A DNA stretch of 40,165 nucleotides, from NCBI GenBank assembly GCA_001275005.1, contig JWZX01002559.1, positions 1-40,165 on the forward strand, read 5' to 3'. The stretch is from Chrysochromulina tobinii (taxonomy: Eukaryota). The translations under genes and the position numbers were made by a program. A model generated the notes under the pieces. That model had not been told where the DNA came from, did not search any database, and worked only from the letters and a program-made list of their open reading frames with translations. Shown here piece after piece: positions 28,486 to 37,836 of the stretch (its first letter is position 1; each line of letters begins with the position of its first letter).

Positions 28486-28577
28486 CACAGCCATTGTTTA
28501 TAACTCGACCAAGACACCGGACCGGCGTACATACGTGTGCGGTTACAACTAGCTCGGGGACCCCTGGACCACAGCCA
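28486..28577. mobile_element. Short dispersed element, copy 2 (inverted relative to copy 1), with an 8-bp direct repeat CACAGCCA
   Basis: CACAGCCA at 28486-28493 and 28570-28577; core matches copy 1 at 59/62 nt. Confidence 0.82.
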
Positions 28578-28582
28578 ATATC

Positions 28583-28753
28583 CCCTTCTTTCGAGTGAGT
28601 GAGTGAGTTATTGAGACACAGACACACCGTGGAACAATACGGGGTACAGGTCGAGATACCCACTGAGGCTCCTAGGGTATCCCATAGCACTCACTCACTC
28701 ACTCACTCACTCACTCACTCACTCACTCACTCACTCACTCACTCCCTTCTTTC
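28583..28753 (+). mobile_element. SINE-like or truncated retro-insertion: (GAGT)4 + ~80-bp core + (CACT)14 tail, flanked by 10-bp direct repeat CCCTTCTTTC
   Basis: Direct repeats at 28583-28592 and 28744-28753. Tail at 28688-28743. Stem GATACCC/GGGTATC (28655-28681) lies just before the tail. Confidence 0.72.
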
Positions 28754-29221
28754 CGAAAAATTGATGTTCTCAACACGACGCGCGCGCACATCCGACCTGG
28801 GGCCCCTGAGTGGACACATTTTATAGAAACCTCTGCGCCCCCTCCCGCGGAAACGCGGAATAAAGAGGACACGCGCGGGGTTCGTGTACCCGGTACGCCA
28901 ATCACTAAAAAAGCGAAATTTTAATTTTGCTCATGAGTTTGTCAGCAGAAAGTCTGAAATTTGTCCTCTCGACCACACGCCCACGACCGCGCGCGCGCCG
29001 CGGCTGGACAGCTCCGTACCCAGCCTCGCCCTCTGTGGCAGCTTAGGAGCGTAGCGCGCGCGCGCGCGCTTGCTCGTGGCATGCCTGAGCCTGTAGCCTG
29101 TCGCGCTGTCGGTCGCGGACCCGGGGTAATTGTGACTCGACTGACTGACTGATTGACGGCGTAGCACGCAGCGGCACCCCCACCGCCTTGCACAAACAGA
29201 AACACAACCATCGTGCGCAGA

Positions 29222-30490
29222 TCACTCCTCGCACTGGCAGGCACCACCATAGTAGGACGAGCTGGCATAGACGCACTTGCGCGGCACGAGCCGGCCATCG
29301 ATGTCGTCGAGCACACGATTGATCGCGAGGCAGACGGTTTCGGAGGGCATCGTCTGGCCTTGCTCCAGGTTGGTCGCCACCGCCATGCCAACCTTATCGG
29401 AGGGAAAGTAGGCGATGATCGAGGTGAAGCCGTAGGTATCGCCGAGGTGGCCGTACGAAGTGGCGCGCGTGCCGTTGGTCCACCGTTTGTCGAAGTTGAA
29501 GAGCGCGAGGCCATACGAGCCGTTGAGCGAGGCGTTTACCATCTGCTGCACCGCAGACGCGGGGATCACTTCCTCGTCGGGGCCGTACAGCGCAAAGGTC
29601 CAATCGGCGGCCGCCTGCGCGTCCATGATGACGTTGCCCGCGGTCCAGCCGGCAAGGCAGTTTATAGAGGAGACGTCAAAGGGCTGCTTCCCCTCGGAAG
29701 TCGCGTAGCTCTGCCGGTCGTAGCCATGCACCGGCGCGGTGACGTTGCCGCACAAGTCGGTGAGCGACGCGAAATGCACGCGCTCCCGCAGTGGCAGTGG
29801 CAGGATCTCGCCCTGGTCGTATGCATCCCACGAGGATGCGCCCGTCTTCTCGGCAAGCACCAGCCCGAGCAGGATGAAGTTCACGCTGCAATAGTTCGTA
29901 CTCGAATGGTGGGAGCCGCCCGACGGAACCGGACCACCCGGCTGGAACATGAGGGGAGCGTGCACGTAATCCAGGATATCTAACGGTGAGAATCCCGTCG
30001 AGGCATGCGTGTACTGCAAGTGACGGTAAGCGTCGGTATCGTAGTCCGGCACGCCCGATACCATGTGCAGCAACTGCCTAATGGTCACTTTCTTGGGGTC
30101 GTACTGGTGCTCGGGCGGGATCGACCACTTGTCGGCGGAGAAGAGGCCGGACATGTCATAAGGGTACTTGGCACTCTTGAGCATTGCGTCCACAAACGTG
30201 TGAGCGACACTATCGAGCGACAACTCACCAGAGGCAACGCGCTTCATGATGGCCGCGCCTGTCATCGTCTTCGTCACGCTTCCCCACGCATACCGGTCGC
30301 TCGTCTGTGCGGCAACAGGGTAAGTGCCCTCAGACACTAACCCACCCGCGGCAGAATACTTGACGTCGTTGGGCATCCGGATACCAAGGCTGACCGAGCA
30401 GTTGTACTTTTTAGCCACCGTATCAACGATGGCCTGCAGGTCGCTTTGCAGGCTCGCCGCCGAGAGCAGCGCGGTCATCATGTATCCCAT
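29222..30490 (-). CDS. Beta-lactamase-family serine hydrolase, probably secreted
   Basis: ATG at 30490 (or next Met). Catalytic-type motifs WGSVTKT (SxxK), TIRQLLHMVSG, NYCSVNF and YGHLGD. Confidence 0.87.
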   Translation of the reverse strand: MGYMMTALLSAASLQSDLQAIVDTVAKKYNCSVSLGIRMPNDVKYSAAGGLVSEGTYPVAAQTSDRYAWGSVTKTMTGAAIMKRVASGELSLDSVAHTFVDAMLKSAKYPYDMSGLFSADKWSIPPEHQYDPKKVTIRQLLHMVSGVPDYDTDAYRHLQYTHASTGFSPLDILDYVHAPLMFQPGGPVPSGGSHHSSTNYCSVNFILLGLVLAEKTGASSWDAYDQGEILPLPLRERVHFASLTDLCGNVTAPVHGYDRQSYATSEGKQPFDVSSINCLAGWTAGNVIMDAQAAADWTFALYGPDEEVIPASAVQQMVNASLNGSYGLALFNFDKRWTNGTRATSYGHLGDTYGFTSIIAYFPSDKVGMAVATNLEQGQTMPSETVCLAINRVLDDIDGRLVPRKCVYASSSYYGGACQCEE

Positions 30491-30652
30491 GAAGAGCGCG
30501 CGGAGGGGTGTGATTTTAAGAGAGCGTGTGTCGGAAAGTCCGACGGCCGCGCGCGGACCTTTCCAGAGAAGTTTTTTTCGAACTTTTATTTCCGACAGTC
30601 CAGCATGAGCCCCCCCCCCACACATAAACGACTACATGTACACCGCTCCACT

Positions 30653-30860
30653 ATGTTGAAGCTTGAAACACCATAGCCGCATAGGGTAACTATCTGAGTG
30701 TTGAAACCCTCCCCCGGTCAAAATCTCGCGCACCACTCTTGGCACCCAAAGGGTTGGCACCAGACTGTAATGTTGAAACATCCTATAGGGTAACTATCGT
30801 ACCGGTGCATGTACCTTTGAGATGTGTTGAAACCCTCCCCCAAGGTCGAAGTCTCGCGCA
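30653..30860. repeat. Two imperfect direct copies of an ~80-90-bp unit
   Basis: Shared blocks ATAGGGTAACTATC (30681-30694, 30785-30798), GTGTTGAAACCCTCCCCC (30698-30715, 30824-30841) and TCTCGCGCA (30724-30732, 30852-30860). Confidence 0.85.
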
Positions 30861-31158
30861 GCCGCCCGCGCCGCGCGCGGGTCCGAGCGTGCGGGGCCGG
30901 GGGGCCGGGGCGCGGGGGCGGGGCCGCGCTCACGGGCGCCGGTGCGGTGCCGCAACCCTGTTACACCTCTTATACACCTCTCGCTCTCCGAGACCATGAG
31001 CGCCCTCTCCTCCACTTACCACCTTCGACGTCGTGTGCCCTAGCCCCTACTTGATTTCTAGAACGGAACACACATGCATACAACGCGTGAGTTCCAAGTT
31101 TTACCGCGTACTAACCTCACCCGCTCACCGTAGTCCGCACGTCAGCGCGTGAGGTGCC

Positions 31159-32208
31159 TCAGCGCTCAGGTCGGTTGCGGTTGAGACCGTCTGTGATGAG
31201 ACCGTCGCGAATCCAGCGCTCGCGCAAGGCGACCTCACCGAGCCAATCATGGAACTCGTGCTTCGGGTCGAGGTAGCGCTCCCTCTCGGCCCACTTGGGA
31301 CACTCCCAATAGTGCCTGCTACAGCGCGCCTGTGGATCGCTCGGTCGACTGAAGCCGTACACGGTGACATTGTCGCACACACTCAGCCCGAGGGCGATGG
31401 CAAGGAGCCCCGTCGAAGGGACCTGTTGTTTTGTCGACTTCCGCCGCCCTTGCTTGACGAGAGACCACAATTCAGAGTAGAAGCGCGGGTTGATGGCTGC
31501 GGTGCGCTCGGCGTACACGCCGCCATAGGCCTGGTGCTGGCACGCCCCTATCCACCTGTTGTGGCAGATGACGAGATTGAGCTCTGGCACGTCGAGGGCT
31601 GCCATGAAGAAGGGCTTTTCGGAGTTGTGCACTCGCCATGTAGTGCGTGCACCCACATCAGCCTCGTGCTTCCGCGTTGGCGCTGCGTTCACGCGGAAGA
31701 TCGCATCGGCGGCATCGATGGCACGGCCTAAGCGGCTGCCTCGAAGGCGCCCCGCGCTCCCGACGACAGCGCACGTGCGGAATCGGCACACGAGCGGCTG
31801 CGTGGCGTTGCGCAAGTACCGTTTCACTGTAGCAATGTTCTGACGCTCGGGCTTGCCACTCATCCGAAGGCCGAATGGAGCGTGCTCCTCAATGAGGCGC
31901 CGAGGCCGCTCCGCAGCTGCAAATGGCGGTGCACTCAGTTGAGAACGATCCGGCGAGATTGAGCCGTCGCACCGTGGCTGCGGCAGCGTGCCGTCTGCAG
32001 TCAGACCGGCTCGCACACGTGGCTTCACTTGCAGCGCTGCCCGGTTTGCTGCTGCATCGCGACATGCCGTGCACGAGGAATCTTTCGACGATATCTTTGC
32101 CACGGTCTGGATCAACTCTAGCGCATGCATGTCGAGTGGATGGATGCTGTAAAATGGTTGGAGATTCGGCGCGGCCTTCAGAGCCTGCTGCTGCGACACG
32201 GCCGACAT
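31159..32208 (-). CDS. Sialyltransferase-like protein (GT29)
   Basis: Sialylmotif L (CAVVGSAG.L.GS.LG.AID..D.IFRVN.AP....DVG.RTT), S (PSTGLLAI...LSVCD.V.VYGF), III (HYWE) and VS (HDWLGE). Confidence 0.9.
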   Translation of the reverse strand: MSAVSQQQALKAAPNLQPFYSIHPLDMHALELIQTVAKISSKDSSCTACRDAAANRAALQVKPRVRAGLTADGTLPQPRCDGSISPDRSQLSAPPFAAAERPRRLIEEHAPFGLRMSGKPERQNIATVKRYLRNATQPLVCRFRTCAVVGSAGRLRGSRLGRAIDAADAIFRVNAAPTRKHEADVGARTTWRVHNSEKPFFMAALDVPELNLVICHNRWIGACQHQAYGGVYAERTAAINPRFYSELWSLVKQGRRKSTKQQVPSTGLLAIALGLSVCDNVTVYGFSRPSDPQARCSRHYWECPKWAERERYLDPKHEFHDWLGEVALRERWIRDGLITDGLNRNRPER

Positions 32209-32749
32209 CGCGTGCGCGGTTTCGGAGTGACGAAACTAAACTTTGTTCCTGGAATCAAATGCAGTCCGACCCAGAAACGCACACGCACAACCACGCCATC
32301 CGAAGACCCACAGCGCCCGTTAGATTTTTTTAGAACGCATGTGCTCAATTGAAAACAATCTTGTGGCTCGTGCTCACAGAGACACCGAAGACGCACACCG
32401 AGGCGCTGGCGCGCTGCAAGTCAAGTCGCTTCTCAAGTCGCTGCACGCACGCGGGAGCCGTGGTGAACGGCGCAACGGGTCCCGGCGTCTGAGAAGTAGG
32501 GGTGCTGCTGCCGCTGTGTCGAGTGTGTGTTCCATCTTCCAATAAGCAATAACACAACCGTCGCGCAACGCGCATATATAAAACATAGGGGCTCGTTGAA
32601 TTTCTACCGTTGCAGCTGTACATTCTAAATAGTTTCGCCCCGGCCGCCGGGAAACTGGGAGTTAACCGGGAGTGCCCCAATTGGAGTGCCCCATGCCAGT
32701 TGCCACTGCCAGCGCTCTCTCTGCCGACCGGAAGTCTTCATAGGAAGTC

Positions 32750-33961
32750 TCAGAGGCTGCCTCCGCCGTACATGCGCTGCTTTGCAGATCCAGCTGGATC
32801 GGTGTGCCGCACGGACGACGAGCCGAAACCGGGCGAGCGCGGGTTGACCTTGGCCGCCACGCTCTCCTTGATGGATCCTTCCTTAGGAGTGTACGTTCCA
32901 GGTGCCAAGTGAGGCTCGAGCGTCTTCAGCCTCGGATTCATGTGGCAGCATGGGTCCATTCCCAGTCGATCCTTGCTGAGCGAAACGGCTTGCCGAGGGG
33001 ACGGCTGGCGTGTGCCATGGCGCGGGGACACGCCGGTCCGGATGGGCTCGTCGCGCCGCCGAGCGCCCTCGACGGGTGCGAAGACGCTCGAGCCATAGCG
33101 CGAGATGGAATGCGTGGGCGTCACCATGGTCTTCGCGCCCACCTTGTTGGGCGTGTCGTGGCACTCGTACTCGCCGACGCCGGGCGTCTCACTCTTACGC
33201 ACGTACGACGAGGCGGAGGGCGAGGTCGATCGGAAGGCCGCAGTGCGCGTGTCTGGCGTGTTCGAGGGGCGCCTGGCTGCTGCTCTTGCTTCGATCAAAG
33301 CTAATTTAGCCGCTGCTGCTGAAACCAGCGCCGAGCCCTCGCACTCGTGCTGGCCCGTTGGTTTGGGCGGCTGGGCCGGAAGGGCGGCGCGTCGGGGTGC
33401 GGCAGCGCGTCGGGACGAGGTGGCGAGCCGACGAGGGCTCAACGTCCTCGAGGCCACGCCGCCGATGGCGTACATGTGATCGTAGTCGTATGCTACCCGT
33501 TCCGAGTGGCAATCGCCGGTTCGCGCGCGCATGGCGTGTTGCGCATCACGTGCTTGCAAGCTCCCGAATGCTGCGCTGCCGTTTGCCACACGGTGATTGA
33601 ACGATGCGATCGAGCGGGTGCTCATTGGCACGTGTGTGTCGTATGCACCGGGGTCGCCTGTGTCTTTGACAAAGTTGTGCAAGCTGCACTTGGCTGACGT
33701 ATCCAGGAATGCGGCGGACGGATATGGATACTTCTCGAACCCCTTAGATTGGAGGTCGTGGTCGCTCACGGATATCGTCATGTAGTCGGGAGGCACATTG
33801 TACGCCCACGGCGGCGGCGTTTCCTCGGGATCCATAATATGGATGCTTTGGGGCGGCACATGCAGCGGAGCCTGGTTCTCGGCGGCGCACAGCTCACGCA
33901 TCCGGGCGCGCAGAGCCTGAGTGGTGTCCGAACAAGCTGCGTCTGACGAGGCATCCGACAT
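32750..33961 (-). CDS. Sperm-tail PG-rich (SHIPPO/STPG) repeat-like protein, probably ciliary
   Basis: Repeated PG.Y motifs (DPGAYD, TPGVGEY, APGTYTP) with F.S..R spacers. Confidence 0.62.
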   Translation of the reverse strand: MSDASSDAACSDTTQALRARMRELCAAENQAPLHVPPQSIHIMDPEETPPPWAYNVPPDYMTISVSDHDLQSKGFEKYPYPSAAFLDTSAKCSLHNFVKDTGDPGAYDTHVPMSTRSIASFNHRVANGSAAFGSLQARDAQHAMRARTGDCHSERVAYDYDHMYAIGGVASRTLSPRRLATSSRRAAAPRRAALPAQPPKPTGQHECEGSALVSAAAAKLALIEARAAARRPSNTPDTRTAAFRSTSPSASSYVRKSETPGVGEYECHDTPNKVGAKTMVTPTHSISRYGSSVFAPVEGARRRDEPIRTGVSPRHGTRQPSPRQAVSLSKDRLGMDPCCHMNPRLKTLEPHLAPGTYTPKEGSIKESVAAKVNPRSPGFGSSSVRHTDPAGSAKQRMYGGGSL

Positions 33962-34351
33962 CGTTCAACTCCCAATATTTTTGGAATGCGTGAATAATGC
34001 GTGCATGCATTTTTTCGAGGAGCGCAACAGAAAAGTATGAAGTGAAACGATGCTTCTAGGAATGAGATTGTCAGCAGCTCTATCGAATCGCAGGTTATGT
34101 ACCGGTACACATTCTGCGCATATTCTGAGCGAGAAGATGAGATGACGGTTCCCCATAAGGAACCGGGATGGCGCGTACTATGGGCGCGCGCGCGCGCGCC
34201 TGCCCATGTTAGGAATCACCAAACTTCCGCGGTTCCGGTTCGCCCGTTCGCGTCCCTGCGATCGACTTGACTTGTCTTGAGAATTCCCGAAGCAGAGCTC
34301 CGGCTGACCGCGGAATCTTTGTGGCACGACATTATTCTCAACACCACGATA

Positions 34352-34708
34352 ATGGCTCTCTCCTTCATCACCTCCGCTCTCGCGCTCAACGTGCGCATGA
34401 TGGCCAGCCCCTCGCCGCCGCCAGCCATCGACAATCGCCGCGCGAGCGTCTCGATGGCTGGCGCGACGATGAATGCTGTGCAAGTTTGGGATGTCCACCG
34501 AGTCGAAACCTTCGGCCAGGTTCCTCTCTCCTACGCGCTCGGCCTGGGCAGTGCGCCGGGAAAGATGGCCACGAAACCGGAGGAGGGCGGTTCGGTGGAG
34601 CCGCTCGAGAAGAAGTTTGTCTATGGGCGTGTGAAGGACAGCTCCAAGGGCCCACCTTGCGGCGTCGCACACTGGCAGGGCACGATCGAGGTGGCCATGC
34701 GCAAGTAG
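34352..34708 (+). CDS. Small protein with a signal/bipartite targeting-like N-terminus
   Basis: ATG at 34352, MALSFITSALALNVRMMAS..RRASVSMA; 118 aa with typical codon bias. Confidence 0.55.
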   Translation: MALSFITSALALNVRMMASPSPPPAIDNRRASVSMAGATMNAVQVWDVHRVETFGQVPLSYALGLGSAPGKMATKPEEGGSVEPLEKKFVYGRVKDSSKGPPCGVAHWQGTIEVAMRK

Positions 34709-35146
34709 AGCATCTATCGATCGTAAGTAGCCATGCGCAAGTAGAGCAATGCTGCAGGTGCAGCCAGCCGCTACAATGAACGAGAAGCAAACATGAGCGC
34801 GCGTGGAGCATGCGCGAGAGCAGTGCGCAGGTGGATGCATGCATGCGCTCCACGTGTGCGTCAGGTGTTCGGACTGATTTATGAGATGTATCAGACCATC
34901 GTCGTCCGCCGTGCCGCGTACTATGTATCCGTGACAGTAAGTCACACACACACACACACACGCCTTCAACGGCCGCGGGGCAGACGTGAACTCTATACGC
35001 GCGCGCCCGCCCGGCTTTTCCGCGGCTTTGGGCTTAACGCCCGGCGCGCTCGACCGCTTGCGTATTGCGTATACCTTTTGTGAGTAATCGAATCGACCGG
35101 GTGTAGTATTGCGGAGCGCGGGCGTGTCGCGAGATCTTCACCGCCG

Positions 35147-36364
35147 TCACTCCGTGGGCGTGTGCTTCCCAGCAGCGGCGATGCCCGCAGCATCCACAAG
35201 TGTCGAGCCAGCGGGCCATGTGACACTTGGGAAGAGCCGCGCGATGCGCTCGAGATCGGTCCCATAGAACTCTTCGGCGAGCGCTCGCGTTTGGGCGAGC
35301 ATGGGCTGCGCGTTGGCTGCCTTGAGAGACGCAGCATGGAGGGCCGCGTACCCCATCGAGGGAGCGGGCGTGCCTAACATGGCGCCAGCTGGGAGCCCGA
35401 GGAAGCTCGCCAGCTTGGGGCGAGCTCCGTCGGGACGGTCTAGGAGATCGTCAACCTTGATGACGAGGAGGCCCGTGTCGCCGAGCGCCTTGTGCCAGTC
35501 CTCGAGGAAAGGGTGGTAGAGGGAACGGATGATCTGGTCGCAGTGGAAGAAGACATCGCTCTGATTCAAGCCAAGCAGCTCGAACAGGTGCGCACAGCGG
35601 CGCGTGCCGTGCGTGGCCTCGCAGTGACGGAAGGCTTCAAACTGCTCGTGCAGGTACGCTTGCAGCCCGGCCGCAGTGGCGCCGTACTTTCGGGCGTAGT
35701 GCCCATGGGCCCAAAAGGCCGTTTCGAGACGGTCGACAGGATGGCGCAACGCCGACACGACGCGGACTCGGCTGCCGTAGAGCGCCTTCATGACGAACGG
35801 CGGCGTAGCTTCTTGCCCCGCGCCGCCCGTGCCCATGGCGGCATCGTGCGCAACGAGCGCCCTCGGGCGGCAGATTGGCCACATGTAAGTGCTATAGTAG
35901 TCGCCGGGTTTGGCCACGTACTCGGCCTTACATGGTCCATAAGACTTGCCCCACGCCGAAGTGTAGCGGCCTGCAAAAGCAGGGTACCACTGTAACAGCT
36001 TGTTGCAATGCGTCATAATGAGCCGGTCGGTGCTAGGCGCGCCTCCAAAACTCTCAACCCAGCGTGCGCTACCTGCGTCGGGTTCCCAGTCATCAAAGCA
36101 GCCCGCACCACCACGCAATTCAACCTCCTTGAGCCGCTTCAAGAAGCCCAGCGCCTCGTCCGAGAACATGTGCCAACCACTAATGAGGTGGATGAACGGG
36201 AGGCAAATGAGCTGGCCCGTCGAAGACTGTATGCAGGGATTCGTCAGCGATGGCTCAAAGGCTGGCGCGATCGGCAGCCGAGGCTCCATTGCAGCCACGC
36301 GTCGGCACACCTCAACATTGCTCCCATGACATCGTGAAGATGTGTTCAAGCCCGGTGGGAGCAT
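35147..36364 (-). CDS. Sulfotransferase-like protein (carbohydrate/heparan ST-like fold)
   Basis: ATG at 36364. CLPFIHLI, 3'-PB-like LRHPVDRLETAF, SLYHPFLEDW, FLGL and terminal LAEEFY..L. Confidence 0.68.
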   Translation of the reverse strand: MLPPGLNTSSRCHGSNVEVCRRVAAMEPRLPIAPAFEPSLTNPCIQSSTGQLICLPFIHLISGWHMFSDEALGFLKRLKEVELRGGAGCFDDWEPDAGSARWVESFGGAPSTDRLIMTHCNKLLQWYPAFAGRYTSAWGKSYGPCKAEYVAKPGDYYSTYMWPICRPRALVAHDAAMGTGGAGQEATPPFVMKALYGSRVRVVSALRHPVDRLETAFWAHGHYARKYGATAAGLQAYLHEQFEAFRHCEATHGTRRCAHLFELLGLNQSDVFFHCDQIIRSLYHPFLEDWHKALGDTGLLVIKVDDLLDRPDGARPKLASFLGLPAGAMLGTPAPSMGYAALHAASLKAANAQPMLAQTRALAEEFYGTDLERIARLFPSVTWPAGSTLVDAAGIAAAGKHTPTE

Positions 36365-36577
36365 GCTCACCCGCCGCCTGCGGCGATGGGTCGCAGCGTC
36401 CCTTGGCGGCGTGGCTGCATAACGCGCCTTCCTGTGAACAAATGTTGTGAAAATCAACTCTGAGTCACAATTCTTACACGTGCTTTGGCCGAGCTTCTCA
36501 CGAACCGCGCCGTTCTGCGCCCTCTTCGCCAATCGCGCGATCGACCGAGGTGCGCAATACGGGAAGGTACATGTTCC

Positions 36578-37663
36578 TCACTTGGTGTAGGACTTGCGCA
36601 GCGGGATGCGGGGCAAGCCAGCAGCGTGCCGTGCGAGGTTGACTGTGTTCTTCATGAGCATCGCGATGGTCATCGGGCCGACGCCGCCTGGCACCGGCGT
36701 GATCGCGCCCGCCACCAGCTTCGCGCTCTCGAAGTCCACGTCACCACAGAGCACGTAGCCGCGAGGGTTCTCCGGTGCGGGCTTTGAGTTGACACCCACG
36801 TCGATGACAGTCGCACCGGGCTTGATCCAGTCGCCCTTGACCATCTCGGCGGCGCCGACGGCGGCGACGACGATGTCGGCCTTGCGCACGTGGCCTGGCA
36901 GGTCCTTGGTGCGCGAGTGGCAGATGGTCACCGTAGCATCCATGGACATGAGAAGATGGGCGACAGGCATGCCCACAATGTTCGAGCGACCAATGACGAC
37001 GACCTCCTTGCCGCTCACTTCGACGCCGCTGCGCTGCAGTAGTTCGACACAGCCCGCGGGTGTGCACGGCACCGCGAGCGGCGGTTTGCCGCCACGCAAG
37101 CACATGTTGCCGATGTTTGTCGCCGAGAAACCATCGACGTCCTTGGAGACGTCGATGGTCTCGAGCACGGTGGCCTCATCAATATGCCGCGGCAGTGGGA
37201 GCTGCACCAAGATGCCGTGCACCTTTGGATCGGCGTTGAGCTCCTTGATCGTGTCTATGAGCTGCTGCTGCGTCACGCTCTCGTCAAACTTGCGGTCTAC
37301 GGAGAAAAAGCCACACTCGTCGGCGGCCTTCTTCTTCATGCGCACGTAGGTCGCCGAGTCGGTTCGCTGTCCGACGAGGACGACCGCCAGACCGGGTGTG
37401 ATGCCATGCTTACTCAATAGGTCGGCAGCCTGCTGCTTGATCTCCCCGCGGATGTCGGCGGCAATTTTTGTGCCGTCGATAATCCTTGCCGGCCCGGCAG
37501 CGGCGGCGCTCGCCACGACGGCGGGCGCTCTCGCGAACGACTCCAGCGCGGCGACACGCTTCGACAGTGTTTCGAGCGTCGAAGATGACTCTGCGAACGT
37601 CGGCCGCGTGATCAGGCTGGCGACCACACCCGCACCAAGCCCGAGCTGCAGGACGCGCCGCAT
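36578..37663 (-). CDS. folD: Bifunctional methylenetetrahydrofolate dehydrogenase/cyclohydrolase, probably organelle-targeted
   Basis: IIDG..IA, PGLAVVLVG, YVRMK, GILVQLPLP, KDVDG, PCTP.G, VVIGRSNIVG.P, VIDVG and TPVPGGVGPMTIAML. ATG at 37663 with an Arg-rich presequence. Confidence 0.96.
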   Translation of the reverse strand: MRRVLQLGLGAGVVASLITRPTFAESSSTLETLSKRVAALESFARAPAVVASAAAAGPARIIDGTKIAADIRGEIKQQAADLLSKHGITPGLAVVLVGQRTDSATYVRMKKKAADECGFFSVDRKFDESVTQQQLIDTIKELNADPKVHGILVQLPLPRHIDEATVLETIDVSKDVDGFSATNIGNMCLRGGKPPLAVPCTPAGCVELLQRSGVEVSGKEVVVIGRSNIVGMPVAHLLMSMDATVTICHSRTKDLPGHVRKADIVVAAVGAAEMVKGDWIKPGATVIDVGVNSKPAPENPRGYVLCGDVDFESAKLVAGAITPVPGGVGPMTIAMLMKNTVNLARHAAGLPRIPLRKSYTK

Positions 37664-37836
37664 GTGATGACCGCGTGAGACGTTCACACGGACAAGATCC
37701 GCAGCGTAGGGCCTCGTTTCAAAAAGGTTTCATGAACAAATGTATGCGCGGCCCTCGTGCGATCCAGACTTTGCGTGGCGCCGAAACCCGCGCTCAAGTT
37801 TGACGCAATTGCGCGCCAAATCTCTCGCGTGTCGAC

